Shown here one piece after another: positions 10,245 through 19,993 of a stretch of 38,934 bases of DNA. The stretch comes from Waddliaceae bacterium (GTDB lineage: Bacteria > Chlamydiota > Chlamydiia > Chlamydiales > Waddliaceae). Under the pieces are notes generated by a model, which was not told the origin of the DNA, did no database searches, and worked only from the letters and a program-made list of their open reading frames with translations. A program made the translations under genes and the position numbers. Where the stretch lies: contig CAVRUH010000010.1 of the NCBI GenBank assembly GCA_963724325.1, forward strand, positions 1 to 38,934, written 5' to 3'. Every line of letters begins with the position of its first letter. The stretch's first letter is position 1.

Positions 10245-11513
10245 TCACGCACTATTCATGCTTCTCAACCAGAGATGTAAGGGAATGTATTGAATGGTGA
10301 AGGACTTGATATTTTCTTCATCTTCGTATGTGGAAGTTAGAATTGTTCCCTTTTTTAGTCCTAGTCTTCCTAGACATTCTATTAGAGCAGAGACTTCTCT
10401 TTCCTTGGTGTCTGGTTGATCCAATTTGGAATAGGCCACCTGAATCGCTTCAACGGGCCTTCCCAATTCTGTAATCACAAAATCGACCTCATTTTGCTCC
10501 TTAAAATAATAAATCTGTTTGCCTCTTCTCCGCAATTCAATATATACAATATTCTCAGCAAGCCTGCCCCAGTCTTCCCTCTCAGACACTAAAGAAACCG
10601 TCCTTAAACCAGAATCAATCACATATACTTTTTTCGGATCGCGCGCCTGCACTTTCAGATTAGGATGATACCGACCCATTTCAAATACCAAAAACGCTTG
10701 CTCTAGATATTTTGTCAAGGCAGATACAAACTCAATGGAGAATCCAAAGGCCTTGCGCAAAGAATTATAAGAATGCAGACAACTCAAACCTGTTAAATAC
10801 CATGTCACAATTTGATTCAATCCATGTTGATTCTTGATAGAATGCCGTGAAACAACATCCCGAAGAACAATATCGCTTAAATATTGTTTGAGCAACATAA
10901 TACGTTCACTTTCATCTTTAATGAGGGCTAACTTGGGAAATCCACCCCAACGCATATAATTGTCCAATTCACGAATCCATGCTCCTTCGGAAGAAGGTTT
11001 AATATTTATAAAAGACAAATACTCAGAAAAAGAAAGTGGCCATATTGTATGCTCGATTACTCTTCCACTTATCGCAGTGGCAATTTCGGAACTCAAAAGT
11101 TGCGAAGAAGAACCTGTGACAATGACCTGATATTGGCCAATATCGATTGCCTTTCTAACCCAACGTTCCCACCCCATAACATTTTGAACTTCATCTAAAA
11201 TAATCAGTGTTGGTGCTTTGCCCGTCTCTTCTTCAAAAAGAGTGATAAGAATATCAATGGATTCAACATTGACTCCAGAAAAAAAGATTGGGTCCTCAAA
11301 GTTAAAATAAAATGTTGACTCTACCTTTTTAAGTTCTTTTGCAATTTGTATGGCTGTGGATGTCTTGCCTGAACGGCGCACTCCTGTTAAAGCAAGACAA
11401 AGATCATGTTTAAAAGTTGGAATTTTCTGCCTAGGGACTAATTCCAAGGAAAATTTCTTGAACCAGCTCGTCCAATCTAAAACAGCTTTCTTTAAATCAC
11501 CTCGTGTACTCAT
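10245..11513 (-). CDS. COG1373-type AAA+ ATPase (AAA_14 + DUF4143)
   Basis: Walker A GVRRSGKT, Walker B IILDEVQ, 'VTGSS', 'PLSFSEY', 'GGFP', 'KKVYVIDSGL', 'ENIVYIEL', 'EVDFV'. Confidence 0.9.
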   Translation of the reverse strand: MSTRGDLKKAVLDWTSWFKKFSLELVPRQKIPTFKHDLCLALTGVRRSGKTSTAIQIAKELKKVESTFYFNFEDPIFFSGVNVESIDILITLFEEETGKAPTLIILDEVQNVMGWERWVRKAIDIGQYQVIVTGSSSQLLSSEIATAISGRVIEHTIWPLSFSEYLSFINIKPSSEGAWIRELDNYMRWGGFPKLALIKDESERIMLLKQYLSDIVLRDVVSRHSIKNQHGLNQIVTWYLTGLSCLHSYNSLRKAFGFSIEFVSALTKYLEQAFLVFEMGRYHPNLKVQARDPKKVYVIDSGLRTVSLVSEREDWGRLAENIVYIELRRRGKQIYYFKEQNEVDFVITELGRPVEAIQVAYSKLDQPDTKEREVSALIECLGRLGLKKGTILTSTYEDEENIKSFTIQYIPLHLWLRSMNSA

Positions 11514-11521
11514 AACCTAAT

Positions 11522-11575
11522 ATTAATCGGTTTACCGATTAAATATCAAGGATATTAATCGGTTTACCGATTAAT
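11522..11575. promoter_or_regulatory. Two tandem copies of the palindrome ATTAATCGGT-TT-ACCGATTAA(T), putative operator sites
   Basis: Copies at 11522-11542 and 11554-11575 (32 bp period) fill the spacer directly upstream of the ATPase start. Confidence 0.65.
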
Positions 11576-13032
11576 TATCTTAGAAAATTGTGAAACTGCC
11601 AGGGGTCGGAGGCGTCAACTTTACTGCCGTTAAAGGAGGCAAAGAGATCATTTGGCGTAGATATTGGATCCCAATTCGACTGCTGCGAATGAAAAGTTCC
11701 CAAATAAGGAAGAGCAATATCCAAAACTTCTTTCCATGGAAGATCATCCGGCACCATATAACCCCTATTCGGGTTATTAATCAGCCACATAAACGCCGAT
11801 ACCACACCCGCTGCCACTTGAACTGTTGTCGCACTTTGACCCGATATTATCGAACGCGCCTCATCAATCGATAAAATAGATCCCGTCCACCAACTGCGGA
11901 AATCATGACCCATCAACAAAACTCCAAGCTCTTCCCTGCCAGAAATAATCTCATTATTCATAATACGACGCTTCGGCGGCATGCGCCACTCACGCATTTC
12001 TAAGTCATAAACACTATTAATCGCTGCATCTGTTGGACAATACGAATAATGCACTGTAGGTCTGTATACAGTTTTTCCATCTTTCCACACAGTCAAATGA
12101 TCGCTCATGGTAAACGATTCACCATGACGGACAACCATACCTGTGATCGGACCACTGGGCACCCATGAACGGACATGAGTCTTCATCCCGGGACGTGCTA
12201 GGCAAATTTGATTGCATGGACCATCACCTTTATGCACAAATGCCCCGTGCGGCAGGGTCTTCTCATGCGTCCCCCACCCCATTTCAGCAGGAGCAACACC
12301 CTCTTCATAAAATCCCTCAACACTCCAGGTGTTGACAAACTCATCTATCGCCTTCGGTTGATTTGTAATTTGAGTATCTCTTTCTGCAATATGAACAACT
12401 TTTGTTCCTGTCAACATCGCAAGGGTTGGGAAATTTTCATGATCTAAGGCAGTCTCCAAAGAAGTACGTCGCTCTTGTTCTAGGCTTGCTTCATTTAGTA
12501 ACTTCTCGGAAATTTCCTTTAAGGCATATTTGACAAAATGGGAAACCAATCCAGGATTCGCTCCGTGTTCAACAATAGCTGTTGGGCCTTTATTATGACC
12601 CCAACGATTTACCATCTTACGTAAATCCATATGACGTGGATATAATGTTCGATCCAATGGATGTTTCGAAGCAGCATCTTTGTAAGGATCCCAAAGTTCA
12701 ACAGAGGTATTCAAGTAGGAAACACCATGATGATGGCACCAATCAATAATTAATGCAGTATCGATATTCCAGGCCAAATCGAGAAGAATATCACCTGCTT
12801 TGAGTCTAGAAGATAGAACATCTTTAATATTCTCGGGTGTTATCTTTAGGATCTCATATTTTATCCCTTTTTTAATTTCTTCAGCAATTCTGGCGCGATT
12901 ATCAACCATATCCAATATAGTGATATGTTTGGGATCAATCCCGTGATCTCGAATGAGTAATGGAATAGAACATTGCGTGATTGAACCACACCCTAGAACG
13001 AGAATATTGCCTTTGAATATCGTGCTTTTCAT
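11575..13032 (-). CDS. hss: Homospermidine synthase
   Basis: Rossmann LVLGCGSI, 'HGANPGLVSHF', 'FVNTWSVEGFYEEG', 'YRPTVHYSY.P', 'QSATTVQVAAGV'. Start placed at MKSTIF, after a GGAGA RBS. Confidence 0.9.
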   Translation of the reverse strand: MKSTIFKGNILVLGCGSITQCSIPLLIRDHGIDPKHITILDMVDNRARIAEEIKKGIKYEILKITPENIKDVLSSRLKAGDILLDLAWNIDTALIIDWCHHHGVSYLNTSVELWDPYKDAASKHPLDRTLYPRHMDLRKMVNRWGHNKGPTAIVEHGANPGLVSHFVKYALKEISEKLLNEASLEQERRTSLETALDHENFPTLAMLTGTKVVHIAERDTQITNQPKAIDEFVNTWSVEGFYEEGVAPAEMGWGTHEKTLPHGAFVHKGDGPCNQICLARPGMKTHVRSWVPSGPITGMVVRHGESFTMSDHLTVWKDGKTVYRPTVHYSYCPTDAAINSVYDLEMREWRMPPKRRIMNNEIISGREELGVLLMGHDFRSWWTGSILSIDEARSIISGQSATTVQVAAGVVSAFMWLINNPNRGYMVPDDLPWKEVLDIALPYLGTFHSQQSNWDPISTPNDLFASFNGSKVDASDPWQFHNFLR

Positions 13033-13125
13033 GATAGGTCTCCGTATTTTCAACAACATATATCACTATTATTTATTGGATAAAAGGAAAATTCCGTATA
13101 ATCAGCATTTCAAGGAGAAAGAACG

Positions 13126-13875
13126 ATGGTCGAACAACCAAAACATTTTCATGGAAAAGAGGCAATTGAACATGTAGCTGAAGCACATGCGCAAGGAATA
13201 CTGTCCTCGGCAGAGATTCATGGGACCGAAATTCCGGGACATATTTCCGCTGCCGCTGATGCCGCCCGAGAAACAGCAATTATCCTCACGATGTTGTGGA
13301 TTCTTTTGGCCAAATTTCATGTCATCAACACATACATTGCCTCAACTCTGACTATGTTTTCGATTGGATGGCTTTTCTGGAAAGGGTGCCGCAGCGCATG
13401 GCTGGGATGGTCTAGACTTGAACGGATGCATCGGGTCGTTGAACAGGAGCGTTGGGAAATCCAACATCACCGTGGACAGGAACGTGCAGAACTTAAAGAA
13501 CTGTATGCTGCAAAAGGACTCACAGGGAAGCTTTTAGATGATGTCATTGATGTGCTTATGGCCGATGAAGAAAGACTCCTTAATGTAATGGTTGTGGAGG
13601 AACTTTGCCTCTCTCTGGAATCCCATGAACACCCACTCAAACAGTCCTTTGGAGCATTAATCGGGGTTTCTTTGACTTCACTTGCAATCATTCTATCTTT
13701 ACTTTGGCTGCCCGCCTTCGGTGTGTGGATTGGCGCAATAGTTACCATGGCTATTTCGGCCTACTATTCAGCTACCTATGAGGGAAATAAACGAATTCCA
13801 GCAATCGTTTGGAATCTTGGATTCTTAGGTCTCTCTGCTGGTTCCCTGTTTTTCTTATTGGAGTACGTCAAGTAA
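13126..13875 (+). CDS. VIT1/CCC1-family Fe/Mn transporter-like membrane protein
   Basis: 'EQERWEIQHHRGQERAELKELYAAKGL...VMVVEEL' cytoplasmic metal-binding segment flanked by TM helices; AAGGAG RBS. Confidence 0.8.
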   Translation: MVEQPKHFHGKEAIEHVAEAHAQGILSSAEIHGTEIPGHISAAADAARETAIILTMLWILLAKFHVINTYIASTLTMFSIGWLFWKGCRSAWLGWSRLERMHRVVEQERWEIQHHRGQERAELKELYAAKGLTGKLLDDVIDVLMADEERLLNVMVVEELCLSLESHEHPLKQSFGALIGVSLTSLAIILSLLWLPAFGVWIGAIVTMAISAYYSATYEGNKRIPAIVWNLGFLGLSAGSLFFLLEYVK

Positions 13876-13882
13876 TCATTTT

Positions 13883-15865
13883 ATGGAACAAACTAGAACC
13901 CAACCAATACTTTTTGAAGAATTTTTCGAGCAGGGCCTTCCTGAAACTATCAGCCCATTCCTGACTCCTGAGTCTCGCAAATATGGCGCAGATCTCACAC
14001 TGAAATCGTCGTTAATTGCTGGAGCTCTACTCCTGCTTTGTTTCATCCTTTCATTCATTCCTGAGATGGTTCCACTTTCTAGATTTTTATTAATTGGCGT
14101 CTATTTTTTAGCAGGCATTCCTTCGTTGATTGAATCAATTGAAGACCTTCTTAATTTTGTGGTCAATATCGACATCCTCATGACCCTTGCAGCATTTTCC
14201 TCTGTTTTCATCGGCAGCGGAATGGAGGGAGGGCTTTTGCTAGTCCTTTTTGCTTTTTCCGGTGCGATGGAAGATGCAGTACGATCAAAAGCAAAAAGCT
14301 CAATAAGCAGCCTCCACAAGCTATCCCCCACAACAGCAAGCGTTGTTCAACCTGATGGAAGCTTAGTAGAACGTTCCATTAAAGAGATCTCTGTTGGAAT
14401 GCCAATTCTAGTAAAATCAGGTCAAGTTGTCCCTTTAGACGGCATTGTAATCCATGGAACAACCTCAGTTAACCTCGTCCACCTCACAGGAGAAAACTAC
14501 CCCGTCACAAAAACTGTGCATGATGAAGTAGCTGCAGGAGCCATGAACCTCGAAGGAGCAATCACTCTACAGATCACCCGAACTAGCGCTGATTCTACCC
14601 TAGCAAGAATCATACAGCTCGTAACTCAAGCCCAAGAAGCTCGACCCAAGCTGCAGCAATGGTTTGATAGTGTCAGTAGAGGCTATGCCATTACAATCAT
14701 TTTGCTTGCGGGTCTTTTTGCAACATCGCTCCCTTTTTTCCTCGATATCCCTTATTTGGGTCATGGAGGTTCAGTCTACCGAAGCCTTGCTTTTCTAATT
14801 GCCGCCTCTCCTTGCGCGCTGATTATTGCCATTCCAATTGCATACCTCAGCGCTGTCAGCGTTTGTGCCCGCCGAGGCATTCTTCTGAAAGGGGCTATCG
14901 TACTTGACGCCCTGGCGAGTTGCCAAGCGATGATTTTCGACAAGACTGGAACGCTTACCACCGGTGACCTCACATGCATAGGCTTGGAAGGGCCTGGAGA
15001 ATTCAAAATGCAGGCGCTTGCAATAGCCTATTCACTAGAAAAAAATGCCGTACACCCCATTGCTAAGGCAATTTTGGCCTATGCTCAAACAAAAAAGGTT
15101 CTTCCAGCTTCGCTAAAAGCTTTTAAATCCATTCCTGGATATGGGCTTGAAGGAAAAGCAGAATTTAATGAAGTAGAAAGCCAAGTTTATATTGGAAATC
15201 CCGAGTATGTTTTGGATAAACTTCCTGAGAAGCAAAATGCAATTCTAAAAATCAGAACGGAAGAAATTAGAAAAAATGGGGAGTTACTCGCCGTTCTCAT
15301 CATTGATACCTATGTATTTATTTTTAGGTTTACAGATACTCTACGACCCAAAATGAAAGAAACTCTTGCCAGCTTGAAAACTCATTGGAATATGGATATT
15401 GTGATGCTCACTGGAGATCACGAAAGAAGCGCACATCGAACAGCAGAAGAGGTCGGAGTGACCACATACCGCGCAGACCTGCGTCCTGAGGACAAATTAG
15501 AATACATTAGTGAATTATCACACAAGATGAAAGTCGCCATGGTTGGCGACGGCATAAATGATGCCCCTGCCCTTGCACGTGCCACTGTCGGAATATGCAT
15601 GGGAAAAGTAGGTACGACCGCTGCAATGGATGCTTCGGAAATCGTGCTGCTGCATGATAATGTTGAACTTCTCGATTGGCTTGTTGGTAAATCAAAACAG
15701 ACCCAAAGAATTGTGCGACAAAATTTGATTCTTGCCACTGCAGCCATAATATTTGCGAGTTCCCCAGCCCTAGCGGGTATTGTCCCACTATGGCTTGCAG
15801 TCATCATGCACGAAGGAGGCACCGTCCTCGTAGGCCTGAACGCCCTCAGGCTCCTAAAAGAGTAG
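13883..15865 (+). CDS. Heavy-metal P-type ATPase, P1B-4 subtype
   Basis: LTGE, SPC in the TM helix, DKTGT, HP, MLTGD, GDGINDAPAL and HEGGT (SPC + HEGxT is the P1B-4 signature). Confidence 0.92.
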   Translation: MEQTRTQPILFEEFFEQGLPETISPFLTPESRKYGADLTLKSSLIAGALLLLCFILSFIPEMVPLSRFLLIGVYFLAGIPSLIESIEDLLNFVVNIDILMTLAAFSSVFIGSGMEGGLLLVLFAFSGAMEDAVRSKAKSSISSLHKLSPTTASVVQPDGSLVERSIKEISVGMPILVKSGQVVPLDGIVIHGTTSVNLVHLTGENYPVTKTVHDEVAAGAMNLEGAITLQITRTSADSTLARIIQLVTQAQEARPKLQQWFDSVSRGYAITIILLAGLFATSLPFFLDIPYLGHGGSVYRSLAFLIAASPCALIIAIPIAYLSAVSVCARRGILLKGAIVLDALASCQAMIFDKTGTLTTGDLTCIGLEGPGEFKMQALAIAYSLEKNAVHPIAKAILAYAQTKKVLPASLKAFKSIPGYGLEGKAEFNEVESQVYIGNPEYVLDKLPEKQNAILKIRTEEIRKNGELLAVLIIDTYVFIFRFTDTLRPKMKETLASLKTHWNMDIVMLTGDHERSAHRTAEEVGVTTYRADLRPEDKLEYISELSHKMKVAMVGDGINDAPALARATVGICMGKVGTTAAMDASEIVLLHDNVELLDWLVGKSKQTQRIVRQNLILATAAIIFASSPALAGIVPLWLAVIMHEGGTVLVGLNALRLLKE

Positions 15866-15889
15866 AGAAAAGTTTCCTAAGCAATATTT

Positions 15890-15924
15890 CATATCACAAA
15901 ACTATAAAATAGTTTTGTGATATG
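15890..15924. terminator. Perfect 16 bp inverted repeat (terminator or operator) between the ATPase and the TA pair
   Basis: CATATCACAAAACTAT-AAA-ATAGTTTTGTGATATG followed by TTGTTT. Confidence 0.5.
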
Positions 15925-16000
15925 TTGTTTGGGAGGTGCCTTAGCATTCCATACTCAAGAACAATTGTATTTTTTAATGTGTCTATGTTATGGTTGGTAT

Positions 16001-16282
16001 ATGCGGTTAACAAAAATGGAAATAAAAGCTATAAAGGACACGATTGCTAGATTTGATACCGAAGCGAAGGTGTATTTATATGGATCAAGAGTAGATGACA
16101 TGAAACGAGGTGGTGATATCGATCTTCTCATTATTTCATCAAACATCACAGAAATAAATCGACGAGAATTAAAACTAAATCTATTTGATCAAATTGGCGA
16201 GCAAAAGATTGATATTGTCATTGCCTCGGATACAACACCACCCTTTGTACAAATCGCCCTTGAAAATGGAGTGCTCCTGTGA
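16001..16282 (+). CDS. Minimal nucleotidyltransferase (MNT) antitoxin
   Basis: 'LYGSRVDDMKRGGDIDLLI' is GS-x10-DxD. The ATG at 16001 gives a typical 93 aa MNT, overlapping the HEPN gene by 4 nt. Confidence 0.85.
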   Translation: MRLTKMEIKAIKDTIARFDTEAKVYLYGSRVDDMKRGGDIDLLIISSNITEINRRELKLNLFDQIGEQKIDIVIASDTTPPFVQIALENGVLL

Positions 16283-16731
16283 ATAAACGAAATCATGTAA
16301 AAAATCTAATAGACACGCTAGATCAGCTAAATCAAGCAAAAAAACATTTAGAAATTTCCTATAAGCGATGTCAAAAATTTGGATTGGAAAGCCCGCAAAC
16401 TGAAGAAAACCTCATTGAATTTGAAGCACTTATCAGTCGTTTTGCAAGATTAGTCGACATGCTCATTCACAAAGTGTTTCGATCAATCGATGCTGTCGAA
16501 CTAATAGACGGTGGTACTTTAATTGATGTAATCAATCGTGCAGAAAAAAGAGGATTAATTGATTCGGCTAGTGAAATACGAGTATTGAAAGATATCCGTA
16601 ATGACATAGCCCATGAATACCTGACAGAAAAATTAACAACCCTACATACAGAAGTTTATAAATCAGTTCCAAAAATTTTAGATACGGTAAAGAAAACCAA
16701 AGAATACGCGGAAAAATACACAAAGTTGTAA
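16279..16731 (+). CDS. HEPN-domain toxin / nucleotidyltransferase substrate-binding partner
   Basis: R-x4-H motif 'IRNDIAHEY', helical protein, coupled to the MNT. Confidence 0.82.
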   Translation: MNKRNHVKNLIDTLDQLNQAKKHLEISYKRCQKFGLESPQTEENLIEFEALISRFARLVDMLIHKVFRSIDAVELIDGGTLIDVINRAEKRGLIDSASEIRVLKDIRNDIAHEYLTEKLTTLHTEVYKSVPKILDTVKKTKEYAEKYTKL

Positions 16732-16741
16732 GGAAAAACCT

Positions 16742-19700
16742 ATGGAAAGCTCAACTAGATCAAGCATACCAGCAACTCAACTTGAATTAGCGATTCAAAA
16801 TGAATCACGCAAATTCAAAGAATTCTATACTTGGCTCGAACGGTCTATGCCTCCCCTGTTCTTTGAAGAAGTCAGCGACGAAAATATCATGCTAATTGCC
16901 CACAACCTGATCGGATTCCCCCTCCAAGACTTCTTTTCTACCATCAACCTCAAAAGGGCTGCTCTTGTCATGTGCCTCGACAGTGCTGACGCCGACCTCC
17001 GTGTCCTCCAAAATTACGAGATGTACGGAATTAAAAACTATCAAGCCTATGTCTCCGACACCCCCCCTCCTTTCCCCGGAATCAAGGTAAACCTCCGAAT
17101 CTCCCAAATTCTTTTCACTGATCTCATTGAATGCGTCGAAGCTCCCTTCCCAACCGAATCCAAAGAAGAACTACGCGCCCTCGTAAAACAGCGCAATCCA
17201 GAGGTCACTGACGAACAATTTGACAAAATCATTGCAAGCATGAGCATCGCTTTTCTACGGTCCATTCCGGTCGATCGCCTCATTCTCTCTTTGGATATGT
17301 ATTTCAGAGCCCAAACTCGTGACAACTGTCAATATGAAATCAGATACGATGAAGATTGGAAAGAAAAAGGAATTTCTTCCCTGCAAATCGTCCTTGCCTG
17401 GAAAAATACTCCCAAACACCACTTTCTATATAGAATGGCAACAGTGATTCATCGCAATGGACTGATGATGCAAAGAGTGAATGCGACTTACATTAATCCT
17501 TACAGCAAAGACAGCATCCTAGTGATGTCCCTAGGGCTTCATGGCATCAATGGAGAAGCTGCTTGGGATGTAGCAAATATCACCGACTTCATACGAGAAC
17601 TTGCTACTATTAAATATTTTGCAAGCTTTGATAGAATCAATCACGAGCTTATAGAAACCTGTGCAGTCCCTGGAAGATATGGAAACTTCCTCCGCGCAAT
17701 GGTTAACTTCGTCCACCAGAACCTCGTCAACATCAATCCAAATCTCTACACTGTCGAAAAAATCGAACAAGATTTGTGTAGACACCCCGAACTCTCTTTA
17801 CTCATCTGCGAAGCTTTCCAATATAAATTTGACCCTGATCAATACAATGAAGAAAAATATCGCGAAATCTGCGATAAATGCCTAAATGACATCAATAACC
17901 TTGACACAGGACATGCAGAAAATGACGAACGTCGCAAAAATGTTTTAACTCAAGGGATAAACTTAGTCCGATATGCACTGAAAACAAATTATTTTCGACT
18001 CAATTATACAGCAATCAGCTTCCGGCTCGACCCCAAATTCCTGGATGAAATTCCCTTCGATAGAAGAACCAAATTTCCTGAACTTCCCTATGGCATATTT
18101 TTCTTCAAAGGGATGCACTTCTTCGGATACCACATCCGCTTTAAAGACCTAGCTAGAGGAGGCCTCAGAACGGTCTATCCTAAGCAAGCCGAACACATTG
18201 TCTCCGAAGCAGTAAATGTCTTCACAGAATGCTATAATCTAGCCCTGACCCAGCACAACAAAAACAAAGACATCCCCGAAGGTGGGGCAAAAGGAATTAT
18301 TTTCCTTCGGCCCTTTGACCGACTAGAATCTGAAGCACTTATTCTCCAAAAAGAAATGGAAGAAATCCACTTTCCAAAAGAAGAGTTAAAGAAAAAACTG
18401 GACAACTTTCGGCTTGAACAGACAAGTGAGTTCCTATATCAAGCTCAAAGAGCCTATGTCGAAAGCCTTATCACCATCGTCAATTGCAACACAGATGGCA
18501 CTATCCGAGCCAAACACATCATCGACTACTGGAAGAGGCCTGAGTATCTATACCTTGGACCCGATGAGAATATGCATGACTCCATGATCACCTGGATAGC
18601 AAATTTTGCCCAAAGATATGGCTACAAACCCGGAAGCGCATTTGTCTCAGGAAAACCCTCAGTGGGCATCAATCACAAACAATATGGCGTCACCTCACTT
18701 GGCATTAATGTTTATGTCGAAAAACTCCTCAACCAACTCGGAATCAACCCTATCAAAGACATTTTTACAGTAAAAATGTCCGGGGGACCCGATGGTGATG
18801 TCGCCGGCAACCAAATCTGCAATCTCCAAAAATACTACCCTAAAACTGCTAAGCTGATTGCCCTGACCGATATCTCAGGAACCATCTATGATCCCGAGGG
18901 GCTTGATCTTGATATATTGGTTGAATTATTTCATAAGGAGCGTTCCATCCGATTTTATCCTCCTGAAAAACTTCACGACACAGGATTCCTCGTCGATCGC
19001 TCAACACGCAGGCAGCATACGACATACTCCCAACAGACCCTTTGCTGGAAGAAAGAGAATGGAAAGCTAGCCGAAGGGTGGCTCACTGGTAGTGAAATGA
19101 ACCATCTGTATCGAAATAATGTACATCATATCTTTGCTGATATTTTTATCCCCGGGGGAGGCCGTCCACGAACTCTGGATTCCCAAAATGTTGCAGAATA
19201 TCTCACAAAGACGGGAACCCCCACCTCAAAATGCATCGTAGAAGGAGCAAACTTATATCTCACTCCCCAAGCGCGCAGATTTCTCGAAGAAAAAGGATGC
19301 CTTATCATCAAGGATAGCTCTGCAAACAAGACCGGAGTGGTTTGCTCTTCATTTGAAGTGCTCTGCAGCCTTACTTTAAGCGATGAAGTATTTTTGCAGC
19401 ACAAAGAAGTACTTGTGAATGAAATTAAGGATAGGCTTGAGGAGTGTGCCTCGAATGAAGCAAACTTATTATTAAGGACCCTCAATGAACGTGGGGGCTA
19501 TCTCACAGATATTTCAGAAGAAATTTCGAATAGAATTAATCAATTTACCTACCAGTTGCTTGACCACCTTGAAACCATTGAGTTAAATGAAGCATTGATG
19601 AAACATTTCCTAAGCTACTGTTTACCAACACTCAGAAAAAAATTTGAGAAAGACCTCATTCACAATATTCCAGATCATCACAAAAAGGCGATTATTGCCT

Positions 19701-19795
19701 GCCACATTGCAGCCCAACTCGTCTATCGACGAGGACTCACCTGGACCCCCACCATCATCGATGTCCTCCCAGTCCTTCTTTCGGGTGCGATCTAG
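16742..19795 (+). CDS. Large NAD-specific glutamate dehydrogenase
   Basis: 'RFKDLARGGLR', 'KNKDIPEGGAKG', 'LGPDEN', 'GINHKQYGVTS', 'GGPDGDVAGN', 'IVEGANL', 'KDSSANKTGVVCSSFEVL'. Confidence 0.9.
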   Translation: MESSTRSSIPATQLELAIQNESRKFKEFYTWLERSMPPLFFEEVSDENIMLIAHNLIGFPLQDFFSTINLKRAALVMCLDSADADLRVLQNYEMYGIKNYQAYVSDTPPPFPGIKVNLRISQILFTDLIECVEAPFPTESKEELRALVKQRNPEVTDEQFDKIIASMSIAFLRSIPVDRLILSLDMYFRAQTRDNCQYEIRYDEDWKEKGISSLQIVLAWKNTPKHHFLYRMATVIHRNGLMMQRVNATYINPYSKDSILVMSLGLHGINGEAAWDVANITDFIRELATIKYFASFDRINHELIETCAVPGRYGNFLRAMVNFVHQNLVNINPNLYTVEKIEQDLCRHPELSLLICEAFQYKFDPDQYNEEKYREICDKCLNDINNLDTGHAENDERRKNVLTQGINLVRYALKTNYFRLNYTAISFRLDPKFLDEIPFDRRTKFPELPYGIFFFKGMHFFGYHIRFKDLARGGLRTVYPKQAEHIVSEAVNVFTECYNLALTQHNKNKDIPEGGAKGIIFLRPFDRLESEALILQKEMEEIHFPKEELKKKLDNFRLEQTSEFLYQAQRAYVESLITIVNCNTDGTIRAKHIIDYWKRPEYLYLGPDENMHDSMITWIANFAQRYGYKPGSAFVSGKPSVGINHKQYGVTSLGINVYVEKLLNQLGINPIKDIFTVKMSGGPDGDVAGNQICNLQKYYPKTAKLIALTDISGTIYDPEGLDLDILVELFHKERSIRFYPPEKLHDTGFLVDRSTRRQHTTYSQQTLCWKKENGKLAEGWLTGSEMNHLYRNNVHHIFADIFIPGGGRPRTLDSQNVAEYLTKTGTPTSKCIVEGANLYLTPQARRFLEEKGCLIIKDSSANKTGVVCSSFEVLCSLTLSDEVFLQHKEVLVNEIKDRLEECASNEANLLLRTLNERGGYLTDISEEISNRINQFTYQLLDHLETIELNEALMKHFLSYCLPTLRKKFEKDLIHNIPDHHKKAIIACHIAAQLVYRRGLTWTPTIIDVLPVLLSGAI

Positions 19796-19809
19796 CAAAT
19801 CGTTGAGAC

Positions 19810-19965
19810 TGATACCTTGTTAACCTCCCTGCAAAAGGAAAACAGGATATGCAGGATCGCAAGCGGCAGGATATGAAGGATTTTAGGAAGATGATCCTTC
19901 ATATCTTGCCGCTTGCGATCCTGCATATCCTGTTTTCCTTTTGCAGGGAGGTTAACAAAGTATCA
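19810..19965. repeat. Long inverted repeat (72 bp arms, 12 nt loop, 2 mismatches) between convergent genes
   Basis: Arms at 19810-19881 and 19894-19965, with internal CAGGATATG(C/A)AGGAT sub-repeats. Confidence 0.9.
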
Positions 19966-19993
19966 ATGTCTTTGTGGTAAAAGATATTTTAGA

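Noticed and set aside
15917..16000. Longer N-terminus for the MNT protein
   Set aside because: The GTG lies inside the inverted repeat and the extension is not MNT-like; ATG 16001 gives the typical size.
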